64,000 nt of DNA from Malacoraja senta. Lineage: Eukaryota. Numbering within the stretch: the stretch's first letter is position 1; each line of letters opens with the position of its first letter. Where the stretch lies: positions 1-64,000 of the forward strand of contig JAXLNO010002470.1 in assembly GCA_038087875.1 (NCBI GenBank), given 5' to 3'. Below, piece by piece: positions 11,709-24,419 of this stretch. The notes below the pieces were generated by a model. It saw nothing but the letters and a program-made list of their open reading frames with translations, did not search any database and was not told the DNA's origin. Made by a program: the position numbers and the translations under genes.

Positions 11709-14700
11709 TTATGTTGTATGAAAGTGTTCAATAAATATTCCCCAAGTCTTATCAAATTTAACCAAGGGTTCAATAATGTCACTTCTGATTTTTTCTAAAT
11801 TTAAACATGATATCGTTTCAGAATACCACTGGAGTGTGGTCGGAGGGTTGGAATCTTTCCATTTAAAGAAAATAAATCTTCTGGCAATTTATGTGGTAAA
11901 AGCAATCAACCGATGGGCGGAGTGGGACAAATGAATAGAATCTAACATTGGTAACCCAAAAATTGCAGTAATAGGATGAGGTTGTAAATCTATACCTAAG
12001 ACTACCGAAATAGTATCAACAATTTATTTCCAATATTTTTCCAAAAGAGGGCAGAACCAAAACATATGGGTCAGTGATGCCACTTCAGAGTTACATCTGT
12101 CACAGGTAGGATTTATATGACCATAAAAACGAGCTAACTTATCTTTTGACATATGAGCTCTGTGGACCACCTTGAATTGTATCAAAGCATGTCTTGCACA
12201 CATTGAAGAGGTATTGAATAATTGAAGGATCCTCTCCCATTTCTCTATAGATAAAGAAATTTGGAGTTCTCTTTCCCAGTCATTCTTAATTTTATCAAAT
12301 GTATCTGTTTGTAATTTTAAAATCAACTCATGAATAGTCATTATTAATCCTTTCTGATAAGGGTTCTGTAAAAAAAATCCAAAATTTTGGGTTGATGTGG
12401 TAGCGGAAAAAGGGGTAGTTCCTTTTGTCTAATTTGTCAATATCTAAATAACTGTGAATTAGGTAAGTTATATTTATTGGAGAGTTGTTCGAAAGACATA
12501 AAACAACACTCCAAAAACAAATCACGAAAAGCTACTAATCCCTTCCTCTTCCATAACAAAAAAAATTGATCAGTACTAGATGGTTGGAAGAGAAATTTGG
12601 ATAAAATCAGATAGTCCAAAAAACTTATGAAATTGAAACCGTATTCGGAACGTATGTCTTATTATTGGGTTCATCATATATTTATTCAATCTCGTAATTG
12701 TAAAAGGTAACGAGGTCCCTAGAATAGAAGCCAATTATAGCCCTTGTAAGGAATCACGTTCTAGGTTTATCCATCCAGGGCATTGGGTATCTTCTAAATC
12801 TTTTGTCCAAAATGTTAAATAACGAACATTGACTGCCCAATAGTATAGTTTAGGGTTTGGCAATGCCAAACCACCAACTTTTTTGATTTCTGTAGGTATT
12901 TTTTACCTAGTCTGGCATTTTTATTCTGCCATATATATGAAGAAATTTTAGAGTCTATAATATCAAAGAAAGATTTGGCAATAAAAATTGGTATCGTCTG
13001 AAATAAATACAGAAATTTAGGTAAAATGAACATTTTAATAGCATTGATTCGGCCAATTAAGGATAAGGACCATTTAGTGAACTGATGTTTAATATGGTCA
13101 ATTAAAGGAATAAAATTAGCTTTAAATAAATCCTTGTGTTTCTTGGTGATCTTAATACCTAAATAAGTAAAACTTTCGGTAGTCAATCTAAATGGAAACT
13201 GTCCATAACTCGAAACAAAATTATATAATGGGAAAGCTCACTCTTACTAAGATTTAGTTTATAACCAGAAAAACTACTGAATTGATTAAGTAATGCTACT
13301 ATTGCCGGAATAGATTTCTCAGGGTTAGAAATAAATAATAACAGATCATCTGCATAAAGAGATAGCTTATGTGTCTTATTCCCGCGGACAATACCAAAAA
13401 TATTAGGGGATTCCCTAATAGCAGTGGCTAAAGTTTCCAAAGCAATATCAAATAGTAAAGGACTTAAGGGACAGCCCTGTCTAGTACCTTGAAAGAGCCT
13501 GAAAAAAGGGGATCTCTGATTATTAGTAAATACAGAAGCCTGAGGTATAAGATATATCAGTTTGATCCAAGAGATAAATTTTGGACCAATCTTAACTTTT
13601 TCAAGTATATTGAATAAGTATTCCATTCTACTCTATCAATAGCCTTCTCGGCATCAAGTGAGATGACACTTTCTGGGGTTTTATTAGACGCTGTATATAC
13701 AATATTTATTAATCTCCTAACATTAAAGAATGAGTAACGATTTTTAATAAAACCTGTCTGATTTTCAGAGATAATTTGCGGTAAAATCTTTTCCAATCTC
13801 ATAGCTAATATTTTGGAAAGAATTTTAAAATCTACTTTTAACAGTGATATAGGTCTATATGATGTCACTTCAGTAGGGGCTTTATCTTTTTTTTAAATTA
13901 AAGAAATAGATGCTTCATAAAAAGATTGTGGTAATCTATTCCTTAAAAAGGCTTCTTTAAATACCTTGCATAGCCATGGAGACAATAAATTTGAGAAATG
14001 CTTTAAAAATTCTACTGTAAACCCATCTGAACTGGGAGCTTTACCAGAATTCATTGAAAAAATTGCTTTCTGTAATTCTTCCGTGATGGGTTCATCTAAC
14101 AACAGAGACTCATTGTATGGTAAATTTGGTAAGTTCAGTTTCTTTAAAAACTCATGCATTATATTGGAATCAGTAGGAAAATCTGATTGGCATAGGGAGG
14201 TATAAAATTCCTGAAAGGATTTATTAATTTCGTCATGGTCTACAGTTACTGTACCATCCCGTTTACTCACTTTAGTAATCTGACGCTTGGCCAACACTGC
14301 TTCAATTGATTAGCAAGTAATTTACCAGATTTTTCGCCATTTATATAAAATTTACTTTTGGTTTTAAGTAACTGGTTCTCAATCGGTGATACTAATAACA
14401 AATCATATCTCAATTGAAGTTCAACTCTATTCTTATAGAGCTCTAAACTAGGAGCTTTTGAATATTTTGTATCAATTTCTTTAATCTCGTCAGCCAATGT
14501 GCGTATTTCTTTTTGTGTTTGTATTTTTAATCCTGCGGAGTATGAAATAATTTGTCCACGAATATATGCCTTAAAAGCATCCCAAACTATACCATTGGAT
14601 ATCTGTTCATTAGAGTTTGTCAAGAAGTAAAAAGCAATCTGAGCTTTCATAAACTTAATAAAGTTTAAGTCTTGAAGCAAAGTAGCATTAAATCGCCATT

Positions 14701-15441
14701 GTTTAGCACTAAACTTGGAATCAGGTAGTTTGATCAATAGTTTCACTGGTGCATGATCAGAAATAGCAAATGTATCATACTCACATGCAATGACCGATGG
14801 AACTAGCCGAGAATCTAGTATAAAATAGTCGATCCTAGAATAACTATGATATACATGAGAGAAAAATGAAAATTCTTTGTCATTTGCGTGTAAGAATCTC
14901 CAAATTTCTAACATTCCCGAGTCAAGTAAAAAAGAATTAATATAATTAGCTGATTTATTTGGAAGCACATGATCAGATGTAGACCTATCAATCGAGGGAT
15001 TCAAACAGCAATTGAAGTCTCCACCCATTATTAAAAAGTGTTCATTTAAATTAGGAAAGGATGCAATTAACTGTTTAAAAAAACTCAGGGTGATCAATAT
15101 TTGGTGCATAGACATTCACCATAGCGACTTTTTGCCTATAAAGGACACCGGTAATCACCAAGAATTGCCATATGGATCAGAAATTGTTTCATAGTGAACA
15201 AACGGAATTGAGGGGTCAATAAAAATAGAGACTCATTTCACCTTAGCCTGTGAATTTAAATGAAACTGCTGTCCTCTCCAAAACTTGAAAAATCATGACT
15301 TGTCATCTTGCCTTACATGAGTTTCCTGAACAAAGATAATGTGAGCATTTAGTCTGTGAAGAACTTTAAAAAAAAAATCCTCTTAATGGGATGGTTCAAG
15401 CCATTCACATTCCATGAAAGGAAATTAGTAACTTTATTCAT
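11709..15441 (-). pseudogene. L1 ORF2 (APE endonuclease-RT-CCHC), multiply frameshifted
   Basis: Starts MNKVTNFLSWNVNGLNHPIKR, with APE motifs GGDFNC, SRIDY and SDHAP; RT motifs YRPISLL, LDAEKA, QGCPLSP and YADD; and C-terminal CDRC..HMFWFC. Confidence 0.9.
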
Positions 15442-16058
15442 ATTGCTTGTAAAAATCATGTGGGATGTAATGGGTTAATTTCTTGAAGCCTAAAAGTTCA
15501 TAATACTGGAAGAAGAAAAATCTAGGGCGGAGCCAGAAGTGACGACATTTCAGCCAATTTTGTAGTTCAGAATTTGCACAAATGGAGATCACTAAATAGG
15601 GAACAAAAGACCCCTCCCCCTTGCCCCCTCCCACCCCTGTAGAACCCCAAACTGACCAAAAGACAGTCAGCAAACTACCCAATCCCCTCCCCAATCCCAT
15701 CTCTCCCAGTAACAGCGCTCAGCATAAAAAGAATAATATTTAACCACTACGTCATAACACATTCGTTATTATCTCTTTGAGAAAGAAGAAGAATAAAATA
15801 CAGACTGGCATGGAATGCTGCTTATTATTATCCAAGGTCAAGATATGAAAAACAAGAAGTGCGTTCTCTTAGTTTGTCTAACGACAGGGGAACACGAATT
15901 AACAAATAAATTCTTAAAAGAATATATATAAAAGAAAAACAACTCGTCCAGTTAAATTCTTAATCATTACCAAACGAAATGTTGTCAAAATAGGAACAGT
16001 AAATCTCCAATTATAACTTAATCAGCTATCAATTACTCCCCTTCCTCGTCGTAGCTCT

Positions 16059-16891
16059 TCAGAAAGCTGGAGGCGTCTTGAGGACTGTTAAAAAATCGAA
16101 AGTTACCATTGAAAAGCCGAATACGCAATCTAGCTGGTGATAATAAAGCTGGGCGCAGCTTTTCTTATACAAATCAGACATTACATTATAAAAAGTCTTT
16201 CTTATTTCCAAAAGCTCGTAACTATAATCAGGGACAAACCGAAACTTATATCCTTCATATTCAACCACACCAAACTGTTTTGCTGCCTGGAGAATATTCT
16301 CCTTCATTTGAAAAAAATGAAACCGAATGATCAAGTGTCTCGGTTTATTACCGGATTTCTTCCCAATCCTGTGTGCCTTATCCATGAACGGAAGGTTTTC
16401 ATTGTGCTCAATGTTGAATGTTTCCTTTATCATTTTAGAAGCATATTTTATAACGTTATTTCCTTCTTGGCCTTCCGGCAAACCAACAATTCGTCAATTC
16501 AAACGACGGCTTCGGTTTTCTAAGTCCATATTTTTAGACTTGTATTGCTGAAGTGCTCGAGTGTTTTCATTCATTCTCTGTTCCAATTTTTCAATCTTCA
16601 AATCTCTCTCCTGTCCCAGGGTGCGCAAGATATCAATTTGATCCTTTTGTTCACGAAGTTCATCTTGTAACAAAGACAGTTTTCCTTGGACTTCCTTCAA
16701 TTTGGTCGAAACTCCTTTCACCATTTCTTCCAAACTGCCAAATCTTGTTTTCATTTCATTTTTCAGCTCATTTTTCAATTCATCGTTCATTTTCGATATT
16801 GTTCTATGATGCTGGAATCAGAAGATGCAGCTGTGGTTGTGGCTTTCCCCAATTCCTTCTTTGGGGATCCTCCTTTCCTTCTTGTCTCCAT
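16059..16891 (-). pseudogene. L1 ORF1 (coiled coil-RRM-CTD), frameshifted
   Basis: DLENRSRRLN, KAHRIG...PRHLIIRF and RFVPDYS motifs of the L1 ORF1p family. Confidence 0.85.
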
Positions 16892-17009
16892 CCTTTTCAC
16901 GATTAAGGCGTGTAAAAGTGTTATCAACACTTTATGAACAGTTAGACGGTGTCTTGAAGTCAAATAGTCACCAGTAACATTGAAAGGGTAACGAGGGGAG
17001 CAGAGAGGA

Positions 17010-17510
17010 TCATTGGCATCTCCCTACCCTCGGTACAAGAACTGTTCCAGAGCCGCTGTCTGAAAAAAGCTCAGAGAATTGCTAAGGACAAACTGCACCC
17101 CCTCCACATACACCTGGATCTCCTGCCATCAGGCAAGAGATATCGCAGAATCAAAGCCCGGACTACAAGACTGCTAAACAGCTTCCTGCCATATGCTGTG
17201 AGTCTGCTAAACAGCCACTCTGTACTCACAGTCACCTGATTCTGCGGCTTGGCACGGACACTTTAATAACTGGCACTGGCCACTTCAATAACTGGCACTG
17301 GCCACTCAAATCAGCTGCCCCGGACATGTTTATGATTGGTTTTACTGTATTTGAACGTTGTTGTTTTACCTACTTTTTACCTATTTATACTGTTCCATTA
17401 GTGTTATGTGTGAAATGTTTTAAATTTCATGTGCGATGCTCCGATATTCCCTGGGAAACGTCTTTTCATTTTGCACTGTACAACTGTTGCTTTCAAGATG
17501 ACAATAAAGG

Positions 17511-17541
<31 letters not shown>
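17010..17541 (+). mobile_element. Rex1/Babar LINE 3' fragment with (GATT)n tail
   Basis: KKAQRIAKDKLHPLHIHLDLLPSGKRYRRIKARTTRLLNSFLPYAVSLLNS, then a 3' UTR ending in gattgattgatt (~17511-17541). Confidence 0.75.
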
Positions 17542-17543
<2 letters not shown>

Positions 17544-18149
17544 AGAGTGGTCAGTGGAAGTTAAAAGTTAAGGGAGCAAACGAGTTTGCAACCTTACAGC
17601 ATGCTGCCACAAGGAGAGTCTAGTTATTGACATGTTATTGATGTTCATGATTATTCTGTTATTTGTGCCTGGCCATTTTGACTTTGTCACATTTTACTTG
17701 GTTTATGATATTGTACAAGATTTGCAATCACACCTCCCAATTGACTAAAATTATCCCAATTAACTAAATGCCTACTATGGCATTTAAATTATTGCGTTAT
17801 ATTCAGTGCAGGGTAGAAGCTGCAGTTTTTAAAAAAGGGCAAGATTTTATTACATACTATGTGGTGTGTGCCTGGAAAGCACTGCCAGGGATGGTGGCGT
17901 CTGGGGTGCACCTTCGTGGGTGCATGGAGATGCAGGGGTTTGAGGGACATGAATCATTTGCAGGCAGATGCTGCCTAACTGGTGTCTGTCCGACTGATCT
18001 GGAGGGATCTGATGGTCAGGCAGGGAATATTTCCAGCGACCCAATGGTGCTGAGTTCGCTGAATGTTACGGTGAATGGGAATGCCCCTGTAATAGAGGAA
18101 CAGGTCCTTTGTCCAACAACGTTTGTGCTGAACATGACGCAACCTGAGG

Positions 18150-18660
18150 CAGAGTGGCGCTGCTGATAGAGCTGCTGCCTCAGTGCGTCATAGACATCAG
18201 TTCAATCCTAACCTCGGTTGTCGGCTGTGTGAAGTTTGCATGTATTCCCTATGACCGCATGGGTTTCCACTGTCCTCCAGTTTTCACACACATACTAAAG
18301 ATGCCAGGTTTATGGGTTAATTGGTCTCTGTAATTTGACCCTAGTGTGGAAGCGAAAGTTAGATAACATAGAACTTGTGTGAACGAAACTATTTGAAGGA
18401 GTATTGAGTTTTTTGTTTAGTTTAGAGAGAGAGCATTGAAACAGACACTTCGGCCCCACTGAGGCCGCACCAACCAATGATCACCCACATAAGCTAGGGA
18501 CACAAGTCAATTAACCTACAAACCTGCACATCTGTCTTTGGAATGTGGGAGGAAACTGGAGCACTTGGAGAAAACTTATGCAGTCACAGGGAGAAGGTAC
18601 AAATTCCGTACAGACATCACCCGCGGTCAGGATCAAACCCAGGTGTCTGGCGCTCTGCCT
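18150..18660. mobile_element. two V-SINEs, tail-to-tail (+ 18150-18400, - 18420-18660)
   Basis: V-SINE cores in opposite orientations. Boundaries approximate. Confidence 0.55.
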
Positions 18661-18790
18661 TTATATCTGGAAGGAAGATGTTATGTGGGATGAATCAACA
18701 GTTAAAGCGAATAAACTAGTTGCATCTTTCTGAGTTCTCTTCTCTGCTATGCCATTTCTTTGTTGTCTACTATTTAATTTGCCTCCTCAG

Positions 18791-18831
18791 ATTATCAAAA
18801 TATTCAACCAAAGCAGAACGTGCACTGCTAA
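18791..18831 (+). CDS. candidate terminal (cytoplasmic tail) exon of the class I-like gene
   Basis: Strong acceptor (tttctttgttgtctactatttaatttgcctcctcag) in phase 1, matching the TM exon donor. It reads (D)YQNIQPKQNVHC-TAA, with AATAAA at 18883-18888. Confidence 0.55.
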
Positions 18832-18882
18832 CCAATCGCTGAGTAGAAGATTTCATGGATGTGATTAAAATGCAGGAACTTA

Positions 18883-18888
18883 AATAAA
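18883..18888 (+). terminator. candidate poly(A) signal of the class I-like gene
   Basis: AATAAA about 50 nt after the TAA of the candidate last exon. Confidence 0.4.
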
Positions 18889-19807
18889 TGGAAAGAGTTA
18901 AATTAAATTTATCAAACATGACAGAAATTCTCAATAGACTGCCCTGCATTTGTACAAATTAGAGCTATCTAGCAATTTATGTTGATAACAGCTGATATGA
19001 CTGAGGCCTCAACTCCTTTACTGTGCTTATTCCACATAAGACACAATTCCCTGTTCTTTTAGAATATATCCACGCATTATCCATCAATTCACCACCACAT
19101 CATGCCTCTTTAATACATTCATAAGGTTAACTCTGTTTCTTCTCATCTCCAAGGGACACAGAACCAGTGATTTCAGCCATTCATGGTTAGGCAACACTTG
19201 CTTATTCCAGAAATCTCTTCTAGCTGATATCAAATATTAATATATCCTTTCTTAAATTTGAGGACCAAGCTGTGCACAGTGCTCCTGATGTGTCCTTAGC
19301 AACATCATGTACCATAATTACAATAGTAACCTTCTTTGAATGCTAATCACCTTCTGAGTTGTGTGCTGCATCTACCTGCTGGCTTTTTGTTTTGCACTTT
19401 AAGCACTTGAATCTCTTGTACTCCACTCATTTGCAATCTCACTCCATTTAGATAATAGCTTCTTTTAATTGCTCTTACCAGAGTGTGTGAGCACATATTT
19501 TCCATTATTAAACTCCATTTGCCATGTTTATGTTCATCTAACAAAGAGCCATGGAGCCATATAGCATGGAAGTAGGTACTTCAGCCTAATGCTCCAAGCT
19601 GAACAAGATGCTACATTTAGGTTAGTCACATTTGCCAGCGTTTGGCCCACATTCCTCTCAACATGTTCTATCCATGTACCTGTCCAAGTGTCTTTTCAAT
19701 GTTGTTATTCTGCCTTCGCTGGCAGCTCATTCCATACACCCAGTAACCTCTTAGTAGAAAAGGTTGCCTCTCAGGTTCCTACTAAATCTTCCTCCTCACC
19801 TTAAACC

Positions 19808-20440
19808 CAGAGGTGCAGTGCTGCCGGAGCTCACCTGAGCACCGATCCGGCACCTCTGTTAAAGAAAAAATAAACAGCGTGGAATTTTAACTAGCGGATG
19901 TGTGGTCGGGGTAACCTGATTAAAAGAGGGGTAAGAGGAAGATGCATCACTACTGAGGTTCGCTGTAGGAAGAGGGGAACACTATGATGCAGCACAGACA
20001 GGCCATGTGATGTGTGCATCGTTTGTGGTTGTGGGCCTGGAGCTGAGCCTGGAACTCTGGTGGGTGGGTGAGTGGGTGGGTGTGTAGGTGAATGGGTGTG
20101 AGGGTGAGAGTGTGTGTGTGTGTGTGTGAAGGCCCAGAGCCGGGATAGTCAGGGCGATTCGGTGTCTTGCCGGCACCTCTGTAAAAATACATGATAACTG
20201 TATTTTTCTTTACTTGCTTCATAATTATATTTCATGATAATCAGTGAGTGCAACCGTGCAATATTTTGTCATAATTAAATTAAGTATTATATGTTTTAAT
20301 GTACCAGCTATACACTGGGATGTAGTAATAGGCTATAATCTTGTTTGACCCTCTAGGGAGACTAGCTTGCCCCCCCCCAGCAAAATCTGAAATGCCCCTG
20401 TTTGACAGCTCCGACACCTAAAAATTAGCATTGAACACTG
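19808..20440. mobile_element. non-autonomous hAT-type DNA transposon (633 bp), 8-bp TSD CTTAAACC
   Basis: CTTAAACC at 19800-19807 and 20441-20448, imperfect CAG-initiated termini, and inserted into a CR1 remnant that resumes after the TSD. Confidence 0.75.
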
Positions 20441-20619
20441 CTTAAACCTGTTTTTGCTGGTTCTTGATTACCCTACCCTGGGAAAATAAATCCTGATCAA
20501 TCGCCCTCATGATTTTAGAAAGCTCTCTAAGCACCAATGAAATGGTTTCAATTATAGATAGAGTAAGACTTTGGGGTTATTTCCAACAAGAATTTTAGAC
20601 TAAAGAAAGGCCAGTGGAA

Positions 20620-21050
20620 GTACTTGGTCAAACAGCATCTGTGGAGGCAAATGACATATACCAACATTTCAAGGCAAGGCACTGCATTAGAATTGAAGGA
20701 GAGGATGGGAAGATTCTAACAGTATGAAGGAGGAATGGGGCAGAGGCTGGTAAGTGGCAGGTGGAATCAGCTGGGGAGGGGATGATGGGCAGATGGAGCA
20801 AAGTTGGTGTATGGGTGGTTGTGGGAGAACAAATGAACACCAGTGGTATGGATAAGCTGAAATGTGAAAACTTTATATTCATACCATCGGCTTGTAAGTT
20901 ACCCAGGTGGATTATCAGATATTTTACTTTAAACTTTCTGTGCCCAAGGTTAACGACAGATGGGTCAGTGTGTGAGTGGGAAGGGGTATTAAAATACCAT
21001 ACAACAGATCTCAGGATGATCTTTACTTCAAAGGGATGTGCTCTACAAAA
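20620..21050 (-). mobile_element. Penelope-like element remnant
   Basis: Minus strand KVKYLIIHLGNLQADGMNIKFSH matches the PLE GIY-YIG C-terminal motif. Mirrored at ~61200-61635. Confidence 0.5.
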
Positions 21051-21489
21051 TGGTTGACATCTAAGCTAGTTTCTCCACAGTGTGAGCAATGAATGCAGTA
21101 GAGAAAGTTGAAAGAGGTGCAAGTGAACCTCTGTCTCATTTGAACAGTTTATTCTCCTGTTGTTCACCTCTTCCTCCTCCTCTCCTACCTGTTTCCATCT
21201 ACCCATTATCCTCTCCCCACCTGGTCCTACGTTTGATCTAGCAGCCTCTGTCCTATTCCTCCCTGATTGCTATATATTGGCAATTCATCCTCTTCGCTCA
21301 CAGGCCTGGTGCAGGTTCTTGACCCTATTTGTGACATCAACCATTTGTCCCAATAATTTGCTTGAGCCATTGAATGCTTTCAGTCTTCTGTTTTTAGTTG
21401 CAGATTCCATTAGCTACAGTCATTATTGGATAGAATAGATTTTGTTTTAACACTGCATTTAGTCTGAGACACAGCACCAATAAATGTTG

Positions 21490-22908
21490 CTACATAGATA
21501 CATAGATACATAGAAATTAGGTGCAGGAGTAGGCCATTCAGCCCTTCGAGCCTGCACCGCCATTCAATACGATCATGGCTGATCATCCAACTCAGTATCC
21601 CGTACCTGCCTTCTCTCCATACCCCCTGATCCCTTTAGCCACAAGGGCCACATCTAATTCCCTCTTAAATATAGCCAATGAACTGGCCTCAACTACCCTA
21701 TGTGGCAGAGAGTTCCAGAGATTCACCACTCTCTGTGTGAAAAAGTTTTTCCTCATCTCGGTCTTAAAGGATTTTCCCCTTATCCTTAAGCTGTGACCCC
21801 TTGTCCTGGACTTCCCCAACATCGGGAACAATCTTCCTGCATCTAGCCTGTCCAACCCCATAAGAATCTTGTACGTTTCTATAAGATCCCCTCTCAATCT
21901 CCTAAATTCTAGCGAGTATAAGCCAAGTCTATCCAGTCTTTCTTCATATGAAAGTCCTGACATCCCAGGAATCAGTCTGGTGAACCTTCTCTGCACTCCC
22001 TCTATGGCTATAATGTCCTTCCTCAGATTTGGAGACCAAAACTGTACGCAATACTCCAGGTGTGGTCTCACCAAGACCCTGTACAACTGCAGTAGAACCT
22101 CACTGCTCCTATACTCAAATCCTCTTGCTATGAAGGCCAACATACCATTCGCTTTCTTCACTGCCTGCTGCACCTGCATGCCTACTTTCAATGACTGGTG
22201 TACCATGACACCCAGGTCTCGCTGCATCTCCCCATTTCCTAATCGGCCACCATTTAGATAATAGTCTGCCTTCCCGTTTTTGCTACCAAAGTGGATAACC
22301 TCACATTTATCCACATTATACTGCATCTGCCAAACATTTGCCCACTCACCCAGCCTATCCAAGTCACCTTGCAGTCTCCTAGCATCCTCCTCACAGCTAA
22401 CACTGCCCCCCAGCTTAGTGTCATCCGCAAACTTGGAGATGTTGCTTTCAATTCCCTCGTCCAGATCATTAATATAAATTGTAAATAGCTGGGGTCCCAG
22501 CACTGAGCCTTGTGGTACCCCACTAGTCACTGCCTGCCATTGTGAAAAGGACCCGTTTACTCCTACTCTTTGCTTCCTGTTTGCCAGCCAGTGCTCTATC
22601 CACATCAATACTGAACCCCCAATACCGTGTGATTTAAGTTTGTATCCTAATCTCTTATGTGGTACCTTGTCGAAAGCCTTCTGAAAGTCCAGATACAACA
22701 CATCCACTGGTTCTCCCCTATCCACTTTACTAGTTACATCCTCGAAAAATTCTATAAGATTCGTCAGACACGATTTACCTTTCGTAAATCCATGCTGACT
22801 TTGTCCAATGATTTCACCACTTTCCAAATGTGCTGCTATCCCATCTTTAATAACTGACTCTAGCAGTTTCCCCACTACCGATGTTAGACTAACTGGTCTA
22901 ACATCGGT
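21490..22908 (-). mobile_element. young 5'-truncated CR1 LINE, left arm only
   Basis: 8-bp tail repeats (GATACATA)n at ~21491-21513. The empty site is in the right arm near 60755-60775. Confidence 0.95.
21592..22899 (-). CDS. CR1 ORF2 RT domain and C-terminus (435 aa uninterrupted, N-terminally truncated)
   Basis: RPVSLTSVVGK, QHGF, YLDFQKAFD, GVPQGSVLGP, KFADD and PHLEYC motifs with no stops. Confidence 0.9.
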   Translation of the reverse strand, partial: RPVSLTSVVGKLLESVIKDGIAAHLESGEIIGQSQHGFTKGKSCLTNLIEFFEDVTSKVDRGEPVDVLYLDFQKAFDKVPHKRLGYKLKSHGIGGSVLMWIEHWLANRKQRVGVNGSFSQWQAVTSGVPQGSVLGPQLFTIYINDLDEGIESNISKFADDTKLGGSVSCEEDARRLQGDLDRLGEWANVWQMQYNVDKCEVIHFGSKNGKADYYLNGGRLGNGEMQRDLGVMVHQSLKVGMQVQQAVKKANGMLAFIARGFEYRSSEVLLQLYRVLVRPHLEYCVQFWSPNLRKDIIAIEGVQRRFTRLIPGMSGLSYEERLDRLGLYSLEFRRLRGDLIETYKILMGLDRLDAGRLFPMLGKSRTRGHSLRIRGKSFKTEMRKNFFTQRVVNLWNSLPHRVVEASSLAIFKRELDVALVAKGIRGYGEKAGTGY

Positions 22909-24419
22909 TATTTGGTTATTTGATGATGTCAAAAAGTCTTGATTGTTTGTACTTTGTACATTTCTAATCTAATGCAAAGAATTTCTCATCCATATGAATA
23001 TAAAATTGTCCACAGTGATTGGTGGCACAGTATCAAGTTCATTTTATGTGGCTCATATAGTACAAGTTCTGCTCTTGAGATTTCACCTAATAATAGTTGC
23101 CTGTAGAATGTGCTTGATGAATAGACCATTGAGTATAAGATTTTTGGAAATAGATTGGCATGAAATCCAAGTAAACACATTGGATTGCACCCTGTTTTAT
23201 AGTGGCTTCATGTTGCGAAGTAAAGGCAAGATATATGGAATATGCAAGATATAATATGAAAAATATAATATGCAAAGCGCAAAATTAAATTGTTGTTAAG
23301 AAAATGTAAGGCCTCCATTTATTTGCAACAGCATCAATCACAGTTATCTTACGCCAAAGTTGATTTTGTATTTTTTAAAGAATGAATGGGAACAAAATGA
23401 TCAAAAATGAATTGGCAATCAAAGTAGTACAAGGTTGTAGTGGAGACAAGTGTGTAGGAACAGGCCACTCTGCCTATCCTGCCAATACTGGTGCATATGG
23501 TCCACATGAGCCTCTTCCCATCTTATGCGATCTGCAACATGGTTGGCAAGTCTGTGCTGGATTCTCCAATGTAGAACCGACTGTTCTTTTCTCTTTTGTG
23601 TTTGCCCAGCCTTCCCCTAAATGCAATTCATTGATCTGGATCCTCATTCTCACCAGTATTGGGTGGGAGGGGAGGAGAGGGAGCATTCTCTGTAGAATTC
23701 CCTGCTGGATTTTATGGTGGAAATGTTTTCACCATAGTGATTCATTTAAAAGCTTTATGTATTTTAATATCACCCTTAAGCCACTTCTCAAAGGGGTGGA
23801 GGGCAGGGTGTGAACGACTTACCCAGGGACATTCGATGACCGTGTTTTGTTTATTTTATCCAAACATTTTTTAATATAGATTAATATAGTATTATTTTTT
23901 TGTATCTTGGGTAAGCACATTGAAATAGCAATGGATGGCGTGTTCAGAAAATTATTTCTGATTTGTCCTCGCTTTGTGTACACCAAACCAATGTATGCAT
24001 CTGTGTTATCTGCAAAAAGGCATTGGCACCAGGGTTTCGGTTCCTTTTAAGCTTCCCAGTTATCATGTTCTTCGATGCAGAGGAAATGTGGCCACGATAA
24101 ATACAAAAATGTTGAAATGCAGAATATAAAAGTAATAGGAATTCAGGCATTTGAGCCTCAACCATTATTCCATGTGATCAATTGTGACCTAAAATTTATA
24201 CCTTGATCCTTTTATTTCTCTGATCCTTTGACCATACAAATAACATATAACTCTTTGTATCAATTCAATGATCTGTGTTCAACTGCTTCCAGTGGTATAA
24301 CATTCCACATCTTCATCATTCTGTGGGAGAAGTAATCGCTCTTCATCTCAACTTGAAGCCTGATCATCAGATTGTGACCACTGGGTCCTGAACTGACCGG
24401 ATTTCCCTCTTGAATATAT

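Larger units (their letters stand above)
11240..16940 (-). mobile_element. near full-length L1 LINE (family A), decayed, antisense within the class I-like last intron
   Basis: ORF1 and ORF2 remnants with a ~600-bp inter-ORF spacer and a T-rich 3' end near 11240. The 5' UTR may extend to ~17608 beyond a nested Rex1. No TSD identified. Confidence 0.85.
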
